Shown one piece after another: positions 39,522 to 54,243 of a stretch of 64,000 nucleotides of DNA. A program made the translations under genes and the position numbers. Origin of the DNA: Octopus vulgaris (lineage: Eukaryota); contig OX597818.1 in assembly GCA_951406725.2 (NCBI GenBank), positions 25,668,001-25,732,000 on the forward strand. The letters run 5' to 3'. Below the pieces are notes generated by a model that saw only the letters and a program-made list of their open reading frames with translations, was not told the DNA's origin and did not search any database. Within the stretch, counting starts at the first letter, position 1, and each line of letters starts with the position of its first letter.

Positions 39522-40822
39522 CACTGTCATGTTTTCCTCACAGGTCTTTCACTCATAATCTACCTTGCTGTCTCTTCAATGATAGAACTGGTAATTACCA
39601 TTATATTTTACTAAGGATGTTAACTGCTGGTAACTACTAATATCCTTATAAAGAATATTCATTAATTCTTACTCTCTGAAGATATTGCTTCAACAGAATA
39701 ACTTATAGTTGTATAGCTTTTCTCTTTATTGTTGGCCATTTATGTATTTGCACTTATTTTACTCTGCAACTAAGAAATCATATATGACCATTTTCAACAG
39801 CATAAATTATCCACCTGACTTTGTGAAACAAGAAAATATGCTTGTTCATATTTTTTTGTTCATATTTTTTTGCTGTTAGATATCTAAATGACTTATCTAT
39901 CTTTGGCTATCTAATTGGTTATTTATGTATATTCTTACATGTAAATTTTGTCTTGATTGATCTTGTAAATTAAAATCTGTTATAATCTGTGTTTGAATTC
40001 TGCTCTTACAAACCATGCTTGCTGCACTTACAAACCATGTTGTTGTCTATGTGCTTATTGAACTATTTTACCTTTAAGATTGGAGGAGGTCAATTTACTG
40101 TTGGTATTTAGGAAATGAAGGCCAAAATGATATATAACCTATCATTGTTGTTATCTCTGCAAGCCTTCTTTTTATTTGCTACAATTGGTGACTCCAATGT
40201 TTGAGCAAAACAGTCATGTTTTTAAAATAACAGTTATATTTAAACCACAAATGGTGATCTGAATTCTTCAAATAGACATTCTGTTTAATTAAACAGACAT
40301 ATTTCTGATTGAAAAACACAATACTTATTAACATATTTTTGTGTGATCAGGCAGCATCTTTCTTACAAATTCACTAACAATTTTCCACATTGTTCTACTG
40401 CTTTATTTATGGTAACATCTATTATCATAGGGGTAATAGTAAATGAAAATATTGCTTTAACTTATTATTACCACTATAGTAATGTTCTGCCAGTTTTTTC
40501 AGCCATAATCTTAAGCCTGTTTTTCTTCTCACTAGCTATTTTCCAGTTTGAAGCCAGTTTTCTGTTACATGAGATTTCATCAAAGGTTACATTTTACACC
40601 TCTGTTACCACTTGTTTAAGTCTGAAATATTATCTACCAACTATGATGCAGCAATTATCAGTCATTTCAATGTGGTTGTTGGACTTTGTCAGGGGTGTGT
40701 TGTTACCTCTCCTTTTCATAATTTTTGCAAACAGGATTGACATGTGAAGCTGTTGCGGAAGTAGTGTCACAATTAGTGGGCGTAGGATTGAATATTAGGT
40801 AATGAATATTAGGTAATGAATA

Positions 40823-41053
40823 AGGTGGTGAGCTGGCAGAAACGTTAGCGTGCCGGGCGAAATGCTTAGCGGTATTTCGTCTGCCGTTACGTTCTGAGTT
40901 CAAATTCCACCGAGGTAGACTTTGCCTTTCATCCTTTCGGGGTCGATAAATAAAGTACCAGTTTCGCACTGGGGTCAATGTAATTGACTTAATCCCTTTG
41001 TCTGTCCTTATTTGTCCCCTCTATGTTTAGCCCCTTGTGGGTAGTAAAGAAAT
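40823..41053 (+). mobile_element. Young full-length Nin/Deu-like tRNA SINE with ~17-bp TSD. Older copies at ~23450-23630(-), 24890-25090(+), 32795-33002(-), 44318-44508(-)
   Basis: B-box gagttcaaattc, core gcctttcatcctttcggggtcgataaataaagtaccag, and atattaggtaatgaata on both sides. Confidence 0.92.
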
Positions 41054-43039
41054 ATATTAGGTAATGAATAAAAGAGTTCAATTGCAAATGCAAGCAGCTG
41101 AAATGGGGTTCATCCAAAGGATTTCTTGAGTAACATTATTATTCCTGGAGTAACATTACTGAACAGGTACATAGTTCAGAAATCAAGGTATCTCTCCAGA
41201 TTGAGCTGCTATTTCTCCACATTGAGGAGTCACGATTCTGGTACTATTGACATGTGACTAGAATGTCACAGGAACGACTCACAAAAAGGAGTCTTCAAAC
41301 TGAGTCAACAGGAAGGAGACTTAGGGGTAGATCAAAAATGAAATGGTTGAATAATATCCATAGTCTCAGATGGTCATGCTTGAGAATTTAGCTAGAAAAT
41401 CTAAATGTTGCTCCTGATAGGAATCTATGGAGGAGGTGCCTGAATATTCTAATTCCACCTCTCCCATGTCACTTGCAGGAATAGTGGATGGAGAAGATGG
41501 AAGATCCATGGATGGATCGATGCTTTATATTGTCTCTTATTATTTGTTTCCTGCAAGTTAGGAGCGGGATAATATAGAGAGCTTATGTAGATGCTAGAAT
41601 TTTTTGCCAATCAGAAATACAAGGTACAAGGAGGTGAATAGAAGTGAGGGAAGATAGAAAACAGAATGGCTATGTAGGTAGAGGTTGCAAAAGTGTATAA
41701 TGAGAGTCAGGGGTGGTTATAAATGGAGAATGAAAAGTGAATATTATAAATGAAGAACAAGTGTTCAGAGATGAAAAGTATATGTTGCAAGGAAGGTATG
41801 GAAGAGTAGATGATGATTGTAGAGATTGGACAGGGTTTGAGAAGTTGATGCTGTGAATGATGAACAAGTGTAGAGGGCTGATTAATGATACATATGACTG
41901 AAGACAAGGTAGGGAAAAGTAAGTGATGACTGGCAGTACAGAAAGAGATTAAGAATGATAGAATAGTATTATTATACAGTAAACAGGGGAAGGATGAGAG
42001 AAAGGGAGATGATAGATAGGTATGTAGGTTGTAAGAATGCTTGAGAAGAGACAGATGTAGAATGTGGGTGCAGTGAAAAATGTATAGTGATAGAAGTAGG
42101 TCAATAGAAAGTGGTTCAGGGAAGAGGGAGAGATAATTTAATACCACAGAAGAGTGATCAATATAAAATGTGGGTGAAGAGGGACAATGATAGAAATGAA
42201 GGATGGATATCAAGTGAATGATATCCAATGATATCAAATGAATGGTGCCAATTTATTCCAGGTACTGAGAAAGATAACTGGTATAACAGAAAAGATGATA
42301 AGATATTTAGTTTGCTCTTATTCTAATTGCAACAACAAAATACTGCAGTTATGCAAATGATGGAGGAATCAGTGATGGAAAGATGAGATCATAGTGGGAA
42401 GGCTTGGTTAGCATGTTGAGTAAGGAGCCCTGTTGTATATATACGCATTATGCTTCTAGAACCACAGTTTTATTGAAATAGTCAAACTTCTCAAGCACCA
42501 CATATCACCAGGCATCCTACTCATTTGTCATCTCCAAAAGGTTCAAAATCCTGATATCAGCCTTCACTACTTCATTCTTTGTCTTCCTAAGTCTTCCTCG
42601 TCCACAAGCTCCATCTACATTAAGCAATTAATTCTTTATACAGCTGCTCTCAGTTATACACATCCTCGACCATACCAGTGCAGTCTTCTCTCTTTCACAC
42701 TACATCTGGTTCCTCTTTTGCTAGTTTTTCTCTCAACTTAGTTGTACATCATTATTCATGTATACTAACATTGTACATCCAGCAGTGCATGCTAGCTTCA
42801 TTTATTTGTTTTTTTTCAAACCCTCTTCATTCAGGGCCCACATTTCACTATCATGCTGCATTGCTATTCATATACAAGTATCATATCACATGCATTTTAT
42901 TCTGAGAGAGAAATCAACACAGGTGTACGTACGTACGTACATACATACATACATACATACATACATACATACATACATACATACATACATACATACATAC
43001 ATACATACATACATACATACATACATACATACATACATA

Positions 43040-43452
43040 GGGGCAAAGGTATGTACCATCAAAGAGGTCAGCTGCCCTGAAGATATAAATATCTCTTTGA
43101 AAATCAAAGAAAAAGAGGATATCTATGGACAACTGTTTCAAAACCTCCAGATTCTATATCCAGACTATGAATTCATATTCATACCAATAATAATTGGAGC
43201 ACTAGGTTTTGTTAGTAAATGCTTAAAGGAGAATTTGGATAAACTGGGATTTTCAAAAAGAGAAATCAACCGGCTAATTCATATGTTACAAGTGCAATCT
43301 GTGAGTGGAACAGTAAAAATATGCAAGACTTTTCTCAAGTTCCAAATGTGTATTTGTCTGTGTTAAGATGGAGCCTTGTATCTTTCTTGGAAATTGGCTC
43401 CCTCCTCAGTGGAAGATTTATATAATTAAAAAATAGAAGAGACATATTTTTC
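43040..43452 (+). mobile_element. 5'-truncated R4/Dong-like RLE retrotransposon (endonuclease C-terminus plus 3' UTR) inside (CATA)n
   Basis: VCTIKEVSCPEDINI..KIKEKEDIY..L..NLQILYPDY.F.FIPIIIGALG, typical of the restriction-like endonuclease tail. (CATA)n lies on both sides. Confidence 0.85.
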
Positions 43453-45407
43453 CATACATACATACATGTACCGAACCAGTTATCTGGTAACCTTGGGACT
43501 GTAGGTGGTCTAGATTTCTAGATTTTCCAGATTTCTGGACACAGGCTAAATATATGCCAAAAATATAATCTAAACAACGAAAAATAAAGAACAAAATTGT
43601 ATAACATATACAAATTAAAGCAGGGTCTGTTTGATTTTTATCAAACCACTTAAAATTCTTAAAACTCTTAAAATATAGAATATTGTATTGCGTATAATTG
43701 ATAGGATGAAAAATGAACAAAAGGAAAGTCTAAAACATAATTTTATTTAAGAGTTATAGGTAGAAAATAATAAGCAGAATATGTTTAATCTTTATTAATC
43801 CACTTAAAAAAGGAAATAGCAAAATTGCTTAAACACATCTACAGTATGAAAAATCAACCAGCCTCAATAAAAAAGGGGCAGTTTACTCTATACATAGAGA
43901 ACGTGAAATATATTGCACAATATTGCACAATATTTAACAGATATCTATACTTTATGTACAAATTATAAATGTTCAGTTAAAGATAGTGAATGGTTATCAT
44001 GGTTCAAGATAGCTTTATTAGGAGCCATTGCTTTCGTAGATGAGCCAGAAAACCACATCCTTTCTTTCATACCTTACTATTCTAAATAAAGAGGAAAATA
44101 CATTGAAACAAAATTAGATAATCCTGTTGTCATTAAGATAACATGTTAGTACTTGCATAAAATTATTAATAAACACTTATAATTCCAGCACCAGTAGAAC
44201 CTATCTCAAGATGAAAACTTGCTTAAAAAAAATAATACCAAGAGTGCCTGTCACCTATGTTTGACTTCTGGATTCAATCATTCAATAATGTACATGAATG
44301 CCATTACTATAAATTTATTTCAAATTTTGGCACAAGGCCAGCCATTTCGGGGAGGCATGAGGCCATTGTTCCCAGTGCTCAACTGATATCTATTTCATCG
44401 ACTCCAAAAGAACGAAAGGTGGCAGAATTTGAATTCAGAATGTAATGGCTGACAAAATGCTGCTCAGGATTTTGCCCAGTGTGCTAATGATTCTGCCAGC
44501 TCGCCACCATGCCATTACTATATACTAGTTATTTATAATTATCAAAATATTTTGAGCTTAAAATTGATTTTTAAAAATACCAAAATTTTACACTGGATTT
44601 ATGAAGAAAATATTTAGAAATATTAATGTGCACATATAATGATTGCTTGAACAAGTTTTTCTGAACAAAATGTAATTGGTAGCACAGTATCAGCTTTTGT
44701 CATGTAAGTTAACAATAATAGCCTATAATGCAATAAATTTCAATGAGAAGTAAAAGTTCATGGAATTTCACTGATTCTTCTCAATTTATGCATTACTTTT
44801 ATGAACTGCATAAAATTGGTAAATTACTGCATCGAGTCACTTATTCTTCCATAATAGTTATAAAGCATCTGTGATTTGTTTTTCCAAGAGTGTGTGCTCA
44901 TAATACAATCTGAATTAAAGTATTTAAGAATATGGCAAAGTATTATTTCATTGAAATTTTACTGATTTGCTCAAAATATCATTAAAATATAAATATTTGA
45001 ATAAAATAGAAAGTAATAGATTGCAACCCCTCTAAATCCCTAAAATTGCAAGTAGCCCAAATAAAAATAAAAATACTTGTACTCAATCCTAAGAATGGTG
45101 AAGACATGTGGCCTAGTATTTGGAGTTTTGCTCCAATGATTTAAGATTGTGGTTTTGATTCTTAGACTGGGCAATGTGTTGTGTCCTGGAACAAAATATT
45201 TCATTTCATGTTGCTCCAGTTTGTTCTGAGAACCTAACCCTGCAACAGATCAGCATTCCATTGAGAGGGGAGGAGTGTTGTAATCTTACTCACTTATATG
45301 TCATGGAAATTGGTTAAGTTCTAGCCTTGAGTAAAAAAAAAAGGCTCATGACTGACTTAATCCTGGGGTGTAGCATAATTCAGTACTTATCGCTCAGTCT
45401 GGCTGCC

Positions 45408-45439
<32 letters not shown>

Positions 45440-46495
45440 TTGTTGCCAGCAGGAGTAGGAGTTCTCTGAACTTTGCTCAGCTTAATCTTATTCTCACAGC
45501 TACATACTCAGAGCATCCACCTCCACAACTAACTTGGTCACCAAAATAATGGAAGCTATCTACTACCTCTAGCTTGCCTCCCTGGCAGTTGATGGAGTCT
45601 ATTTTTTGCACATTTTCAGCATTTATTGTACGTGTGCATCTTCCACATACAAAATCTGGTTTCCCTGTTAACCTTCCTCTGATATTGCTGTGCCTTCTTT
45701 GTGCCCAAAGCTTTTTTCAAAAAGCCATAAGAGATTGATATTTTAGATAATAAAGTTCAGGGTTGATGGAGTGATGGAAGGTCATGGCTAAAAATCCTTT
45801 AATTATGGATTTGTTTGATCAGGACCCACTTGTGGTTAAATAACAACAACAATGATAAGAAAAGAAACAACCAGTCAGTCAGAGTAAATGCCACAGTCTC
45901 AATCAATTCTCTCAGCCCTGTCTCCCACCATACTTTGACATTATTTTTCTCTCTCTTTTTCTCTCACTATCAATTTCTCTCCTGTTCTCTGTCCTTTTTT
46001 TCATCTCATGTTATCTGTGATGTAGACATGGTAATATAGGTTGTCAATATCTGTTTTTCCATGCTGTATCAGAGTGGAATATTCAAAATGTCTCGAGGTA
46101 ACTGTTGGTGACTGGAATTGGAGTGAATGTATTTTCTTAGTCTGTGTAGTGATTGTGTCACTTTGTGCTGTTGAAGAAAGCATGATCAGAAGGATTCCAT
46201 TAGAAATTTCTTTAGAGGATTTTGTTCTAGGAATCATCTTTCTTAGCTGTGTTTGTCTCTCCTTTTCTTTGTTGCCAGCTGTCTTCTTCTTATATCTATC
46301 AGACACTATATTCCCATACATGGACTATAGCCATGCAGAGTTACCACTTTGAAGAGTTTAGTCAAATAAATCACCCCCACTGCTTATTTTTAAAGTCTGG
46401 TACTTATTTGATCAATCTCTTTTGTTGAACTGCTAAGTTAGATGGAGATGTAAACAAACCAACATCTGTTGTCAAACGCAAATACAGCAGCACAT

Positions 46496-46546
<51 letters not shown>

Positions 46547-46750
46547 TTCACATACACATGCAAACTCACAATACACTCACATGCACATATGCAAACACAA
46601 AGCTCATCTACATACTCAGTCACACATACACAACATCCAATCTAACTATCTTTCTTCTTCACTCTCTCCCTCTCTCTCTTTCTTTCTCTCACATAGATAC
46701 ACACATGAATATATACACACACTCAGACCCATACACAGCATAAATTCTTT

Positions 46751-46800
<50 letters not shown>

Positions 46801-49358
46801 TACACACAGATAATACATATGCATAAAAGGTCATGATTGCTGTCAGAGTATGTTTACTCCAAAATAATTGCATAATAATATTTTCCTGTTTTTTCTCTTC
46901 TTTCATATATATAAAAAGAATTCTGTATAAACTGGTTTGTTTCCTGTCAGCTGTCATGTCTGGCTGTAAATTTGGCTCTCTCCACTCGTTCTGGAACATT
47001 CTGTTGTTTTCTTTTCCAAATATATTAATTTCAATGTCAAATATCCAAATATTAAAAGTTTTAGAAATGATGAAATACATTTACTATTATGATTTCATCT
47101 TAGCCAGAGATAGTAACTCAGGAAAATAGTATAATTCATTTATTTTTACTTGTTTCAGTCATTAGACAATGACCCTGCTGGAGCACCATAAACCCCAGTA
47201 CTTATTTTTTATAAATCTGGTACTTATTTTATCAGTTTTATTTTATTGAACTGCAAAGTTATAGAGATGTATGCAAACCAAACATAACAACACACACACA
47301 GATATATGATGGACTTCCATACAGTTTCCATCTACCAAATTCACACACACAGCATTGGTCAACCTGACGTAATAGTGGAAGACAGTAACTCAAGCTGCTA
47401 CAAAGTGTGACTGGACCCCAAACCACAAGGTTGCAAGGCAAGCTTCTTGCTGTACAACCAAATGAGCTCCTTATTTTTTTTTCTGTTAAAAGGAAAAACA
47501 GCATTAAAAAAATGAGAAAAAAAAGCAAACGAAAAGTCTGTATCCCTTTTTCACTATTGGTTTGTTCTGTTTGTTCACTATTTGTTTGTTCTCATCAATT
47601 TTGGTGGACTGGGCCATTGACCTTTGTAGCCCCACCAAGACTGACAATATTGGCATGGTTAACATTTCTCTTGTACCATTACAGGTTAATAGCTGCAGGA
47701 AAAAATGTTCAGGGTTGGACTTCCAGATGGCTGACATACTGGACAGATGGGATAAGAATAGGAGTTTGCACTGTAAGTGGACACAATATGGGTGACAATG
47801 GAGTGAGTTGTAAGCGTCTGAATAAAGTTGGCTTGAGACTAGTGAAATCCTATGAGCAGAAGCTATTATAGTAGTGGTAGTAGTAACAGAAAAGGCAGAG
47901 AGGAGCCAGCAAGCCTATGGCCTTTTTGAATGTGATGGCCTTTTTAAATGCACTTTAGGATGCATTTATGTATAGCAGTAGTACTATTCAAAATGTTGGT
48001 GCCATGTTGATCCCTGTCAGTAGCATTTGGGGACTGAAGTATTTTGTGATTTTGAAAAAGAAGGTTGCTCTTTGAAATGCTATCTTTGAGATTCTGTCTT
48101 TGCAATATTCAGTATGTGCCTTTACCAGTGATTCTAAATGATTGTGAAGTTAAGTAGTTGTAATGGCATTAGGGTTTGTCACTGCCATGAATATGATAAT
48201 ATTTTTTTGATGTGTACTTTTGTTTTGTTGAAGGAGACACAATTAGTATCACCCCACTGGATGTTTTTGAGGTCTCTGTTCAGGGAGTTTGTGCTGGTAT
48301 TGAGTAAGATGACTAAATGGCATACAGGATGATGCTCAGATTTAGATGATAAAGGAAGGATAAAGACATCATCTGTTTAGGAGTGGGCATTGTTGAAAGT
48401 GATGGCAAGTTGATCACTGATATTTAGGAAGCAGAGTATAGGAGACAAACCCAAACTTTGGAATATAGCAGAACTGATAGAGTGTGAATCAGAGGGAGCT
48501 CCATCAGCCCATACAGTAACGTTATGATTGGACTGGAAGCCATGAATCTAAGAGACAACTGGTAGATTGAACCTAAAAGCAGGTAATTTGCCAGGAGATT
48601 TGCATGACAGATGCAGGTGAATGCTTTGTTGATGACAAGTTCATCAACAGTATTTCCACAAAATTCCATGACAGAATAACATAGGAGGGAATGTAGGTCT
48701 CTAGTAGATCTTGTTTACAATAGCTTTACTTTCATAAAGAATGGCATTTGAAAATGTCACTAAGGAAAGGTAGATAGATAAATAGATAGATAGAGAGACA
48801 GACAGACAGACAGACAGATAGAGAGAGGGGAAGAGGGGGAGAGAGGAAAGAGAGATGCTAGAGAAGGTACTTGTTAATAACTATTTCCATCACCTTTAAG
48901 ATATTGAAGTGATAGGATGATAATTGTCAGTGTCAGAGGTTCTCCTTGTGAACAGGATAGATTATGGCATCTTTCCAAAGATTGGAACATATCCCTGGAG
49001 AGAGATTGCAAAGTTTGATGAAGATAACTGGCATTGTTTGAGGGTAATGAAAGGGGCATGGTCAGGACTGAGGGCCTTATTGGTTTGAAACAACCAAAGA
49101 TGCTTTAACACTTGTCATGTATGTGTACTTGATGGCAATCCTAGCAAAGTGGAGAACAGATAGTTTTGAAGAAGGTTTAGCAAATGTCTAAGGCATGGAG
49201 CTGGATGTAAAGCAAGCAACACATGTAGAGGTGGTTTTCTCTAAAAAGTTCTGCTTAGAGAACCATCTGATGTCTGCTTGAGATGCTAAAAATAGCTGTG
49301 AATTCTTTCTCAAACCACATCTTATTACCTTAGAAAATGAAAGATGCATTGAATAGTG

Positions 49359-49690
49359 TATTGGGTCATCCCATAAATAATGTGGTTTTCTAATACTTCT
49401 TTTATTTTTCAAAATTAAGATAAACAAAGTTCTTTTTTAATGTAAAATATACTCTCCTTTATTTTCTACAATGCTCTTCCATCTATCTGGCAGACTTGCA
49501 AGGCTCCTCTTCCAAATTCACTTGTCCATGATGAAAAATACTCCTCCAGTACTGTTCTGACCTCATCTACAGAATTCATATTTATTCTGTCCAGATGATT
49601 TTGAAGACTGCAGAATAAATGATAATCTGATGGGGCAATGTCCAGTGAATATGGTAGGTCGAGCATCGTTTTCCATTCAAACTGCAACTG
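49359..49690 (-). mobile_element. Mariner 3' fragment with one TIR
   Basis: LPYSLDIAPSDYHLF and TIR tattgggtcatcccataaataatg. Confidence 0.85.
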
Positions 49691-50054
49691 TTTGTGTGTC
49701 TGTGTTTGTCCTCCTAGCATTGCTTGACAACCGATGCTGGTGTGTTTATGTCCCCATCACTTAGCAGTTCAGCAAAAGAGACCGATAGAATAAGTACTGG
49801 GCTTACAAAGAATAAGTCCCGGGGTTGAGTTGCTCGACTAAAGGCGGTGCTCCAGCATGGCCACAGTCAACTGACTGAAACCAGTAAAAGAGTAAAAGAG
49901 AGAGTAAAAGAGATATAAAAGGGGCATGCACAAAATTTTTGACAAAGGAATTGTTCAGCACACAAGAAAACAATTGTCTGTCACAGGAAAAAAAAAGGTT
50001 AAATGTAAATAGTTCTGGTGAGTTTTTTGGGCCAATGCACAGTGCAGTCTGTCC

Positions 50055-50456
50055 TGGTGACATAGGGTTTATTTGTGTTAAGTCGTGTTAGTTGTTTATT
50101 TTTAGTTCTCGTTCATGTGGCTCACTCTCAGTCACCATCTTTATGGAAGTGTGTGGTTCATTATAGCTCCATTCACATGAAGTTCATTACCTCTGGAGAT
50201 AACAGGTGAAGTTAGAGCGGGATAAGAGTCCAGTGTGAACTGCTAACTTCGCAGTGTTTCTCAGAGTAAGTGACAAGGAAAAAAAAAAAGAATGTCTTAA
50301 TTCTCCTGCTTATATAGTCGTTGCTGATGAGAGTCTCGCTGTCATCTTGCACATGGCAAATGATTGCAGATGAGATCTCACTCCTGTCTTGGACATGGTA
50401 ATGGCTACTGGCGAGATCTCATACAAAATGGTGCTGGCTTCTTGTGCTTTGCTACA
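50055..50456 (-). mobile_element. Possible solo LTR
   Basis: Minus strand TGTAGC...CTATATAAG...AATAAA...TGTCACCA, with internal ~43-nt tandem repeats. No clear TSD. Confidence 0.45.
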
Positions 50457-51920
50457 GTTTTAATTCAAATACCAATACTTGAAAACAGGAGGCTTGTATC
50501 AAAGAAGTAAAAGCAGTCTGATGTGGGCTGATATCGGAAGATTTAACAAGCTTTTCTTATCACAATTATTTTTATAATTTTCTTATTTTATCATTATGTT
50601 CAGCTGTGATTTTTCTGTAACAGCCTTTATTTTAAGCATCTTAGTAGAAAACCAAAATTATACTCAAATCTGACACAACTGAATGTGGTAAAACTGAAAA
50701 TTAAGTTTTCTTGTTTGAAGATTAATTAAAGATGAAGATTATATGATCTTTAATCAGAAACTAGAATATGGTATTCGCAACAAATATCAATAATAATTAT
50801 TAAAAATTTTGAAAAATTTATTCCAATATTTATCTGAAAGGACATTCTTAAGAGCCTACATGCAACATCTGAGATAAATATTTAATTTTTCCCATCATAG
50901 ATTTATTTTACAAATTATTTTTCAATTCAGCTATCATGAGAGTTAAAGGAAAGTTTTTGGCTAATCGAGTCTATGACTTGATTTTGATTTTCTCTTTGTC
51001 TTTATTACATTATTTTTACTGATCAATAATGCATTTCTTGTCACTTCTTAGGCTTTATACCACATAAAGAAATTGTCCCTAAAATTCAATACCATAACAA
51101 TGAACAAACCTTTTAAAAGTGATGATGATCAGAATGTATTTGTCTATATTAGGGTGTGTCACCCATTATATTCCATGTACTGCCCTCCTACCCTCTTTAT
51201 TGTCCTCTCATCTATTACTCACCTCTATCCATATTCACTATACCATACTGTCCATCTGATGAGGAATAGTACTGCCCAACAATCACTACTTATCACTCTC
51301 CCTCTCTTCCATCATGCTGCCTGTGTAACGAAGGATCACATTAAGTTTGCTTGTATTCAATGCTTTCTTCCATTACCATTTTTTACTATTAGCCATCATG
51401 CTCTTTCCCCTTGATACTCATTATTGATATTTACCATTCTTTCTTATCATCACTCTTCTCTATTGCAGTCCCCCCATTCTCTCTCTCTCTCTCTCTCACC
51501 ATCTATTTTTATTGGTATTCTTCAATACTTTATCATCTCTCACACATTACTCCCTTCTCCATCACTCTTTATTGATGTACATCACTTTTCCTCTTCCATC
51601 ACCTGGCCTCACACAATCATACCCTTTTTTCCGATCATGCCACTCATGCTGTTTTTCTATTAAATTCCCAAATCAATTAACCAACATGTAGCTGCTGTAG
51701 AAACTATGCTATGTCTAGTTTATAAGTGTGAGAGACATAGACACCGTCTAATCTAGGAAGGCAGCAATTCTAAATAAGAACTGATTCAGTCGATGTCAAT
51801 TGCTCCAAACCAAGCCAGTGTAGAAAGCATGTGCAAAATGATAAGGCTGATGATTATGTAGTTCTCTCTCTTTTTTCTCTCTCTCTCCCTTCTCTCTCTC
51901 TCTCTGTATATATATGTATG

Positions 51921-51975
<55 letters not shown>

Positions 51976-52542
51976 CACACACATACATTTTGTCCCATGT
52001 ATTTATACACCATTATATATATATATGTATGTATTCATGTATATATGTATGCAAGTATGTATGTCTGTATACATATACAATTTTTAATATTTTTATGCAC
52101 CATTATATGTGTGTGCAAATATATATATATATATATTTTCCAAATACGCCAGCTAAGCTAAGTTGAACTGTCTAAAGTCGAAAGACACCTGTTGTTTTTG
52201 TCCTGTTATTATTATTATTGTTTTTTGTATTTATATTCGTGTGGCATCATCTGTTTTTCTGTCCTTGTTTCGTATACATTCGATCCTTTTTCCAAGAAAT
52301 CTAATGCTCATAGCTTAGTTTTTCCTTGGGGCTGGCCGGATTGGAGTGATCTCAAGATTAATCAGTCAAAATTGCGAGGATGATCCGGTTTTTGACTGAA
52401 GATTAGAGGCTTCGAATGACCCGTCCATTTTTTGTGTCGTCTATTTGAATGTTTTGCATTCTTGTCCCATTTTGTATTTTTATATATATATTTTTATACA
52501 TATATTACTGTGGTGTAACGTACACCTTGTTCTCTTCTATGT

Positions 52543-52589
<47 letters not shown>

Positions 52590-52592
<3 letters not shown>

Positions 52593-52840
52593 ACAAGAAG
52601 AACTAAAAAATTATCTGCACTTTTACCATTGCATATCTTTATTATTATCACTCTGCCTTCTGCACATGAATGCTTATGATTGGTACTATTGTGGTCACGT
52701 GATCAAAGTTTAAGCTTGATCATGCCATTTTTCTTTCTGGTTTTACAGCTTAATAATGGCCAATCCACTAGCAATGTGCACCAAAGAAGAACTAAGAGCA
52801 GTGATCCAATTTCTTTGCTTAGAAGCTGTGTCAGATGCTG
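52590..52840 (+). mobile_element. Mariner 5' remnant
   Basis: CTKEELRAVIQFLCLEAVS resembles mariner transposase N-termini. Confidence 0.65.
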
Positions 52841-53952
52841 GAAAAGGGGTTACGACCTATGTATGTATATACATACATATACATACATACATACATACAT
52901 ACATACATACATACATACATACATGCATACATACATGCATACATACATACATACTTTTATATACTAACACATGCACACAAACATAATCACACATACATTT
53001 TTTCTGTTTTTATATATATATATTTTCCATTTTTTTGACCCTCCAAGCAAATTATGTTTGTCATCAATATGTTATACATCAACAAAACTCATGACACTGC
53101 CAAATAACAAAGAGTTTAAAGTCTATTGTCCATGGGTTGGACAGTTTCACCAGGGCTGGCAAGCTGAGGGGCTGCACCAGACTCTACTCTGATTTGGCAT
53201 GGTTTCTACAGCTGGATGCCCTCCCTAACACCAACCACTCTGAGAGTGTAATGGGAGCTTTTACATGCTACCGGCAGGGGTAACAGTTACGTGACACTAG
53301 CATCGGTCACATCGCCTCCATATGGCCCAGCGCTTGAATGATGCTTTTTATGTGCCACCAGCACAGGTGCCAGTTATGTGACACCAGCACTGGCTGTGGC
53401 TATGATTTCACTTGGCTTGATGGATCTTCTCAAGCACGGCCCATTATAAAAGGTCTTGTTCATTAGTCATTGTTTCCAAGAGGCTCAACATTCAATGATC
53501 CTGTTTCAACACCTCATCCCATGTCTTCCTGGGTCTACCTATATCACAGGTTCCCTCCACAGTTAGAGATTGGCACTGTATTTCATCTAGACTAACCAGT
53601 TGGGCTATGACCCTCTCTGTGACTTCATCACCTGATCTTACAATTTGATACCTATGTAATTATTTCTATCTAAAGTACCACCTTTACCTTTGTGGATCTA
53701 CCAAGTCCACTCACAAGGCTTTGGTTGACTTGAGGCTATAGTAGAAGACACTTGCCTAAGGTGCCATGCAGTGGGACTGAACCTGGAACCATGTGGTTGG
53801 GAAGCAAGCTTCTTACCACACAGCCATAATATCATCATCATCATCGTTTAACGTCCATTTTCCGCGCTATATATATATATATATATATGTTTGTATATGT
53901 TTAATTTTGGGGAAACTTTATTTCAATAAAATGTATTTTATATACAGATATG

Positions 53953-53998
<46 letters not shown>

Positions 53999-54104
53999 GT
54001 AGTTAATCCAAACATGAAAACACAAAGATAAAACACAACAACACGAGGATGTGGAACAATTATACTATTATTGGATGCTCAGGAAAGGAAAGAAAGAAGG
54101 TGAA

Positions 54105-54138
54105 TTTAACGTTTTGAGTGGAGCGCTTCGTCAGAAAC
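54105..54138 (-). ncRNA. Minimal hammerhead-like motif within a (TA)n-adjacent repeat (~54000-54185)
   Basis: Minus strand: gttt-CTGACGA-a-gcgc tcc actc-AAAA-cgt-TA-aa. GAAA appears decayed from cGAAA, and stem III is a short palindrome (aacgtt). Confidence 0.55.
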
Positions 54139-54190
54139 ATAGAAAAAGGAAAGATCCAAGGAAGGGAAGACGGAGGAAAAAAAATCACAC

Positions 54191-54242
<52 letters not shown>

Positions 54243-54243
54243 A

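Noticed and set aside
43370-43415. CTGAGGA...GAAA on the minus strand of the R4 3' UTR
   Set aside because: No stem III/UH or stem I, and it is antisense to the element.
46001-46352. Overlapping ~105-aa ORFs
   Set aside because: No splice signals or known motifs. Probably decayed retroelement sequence.
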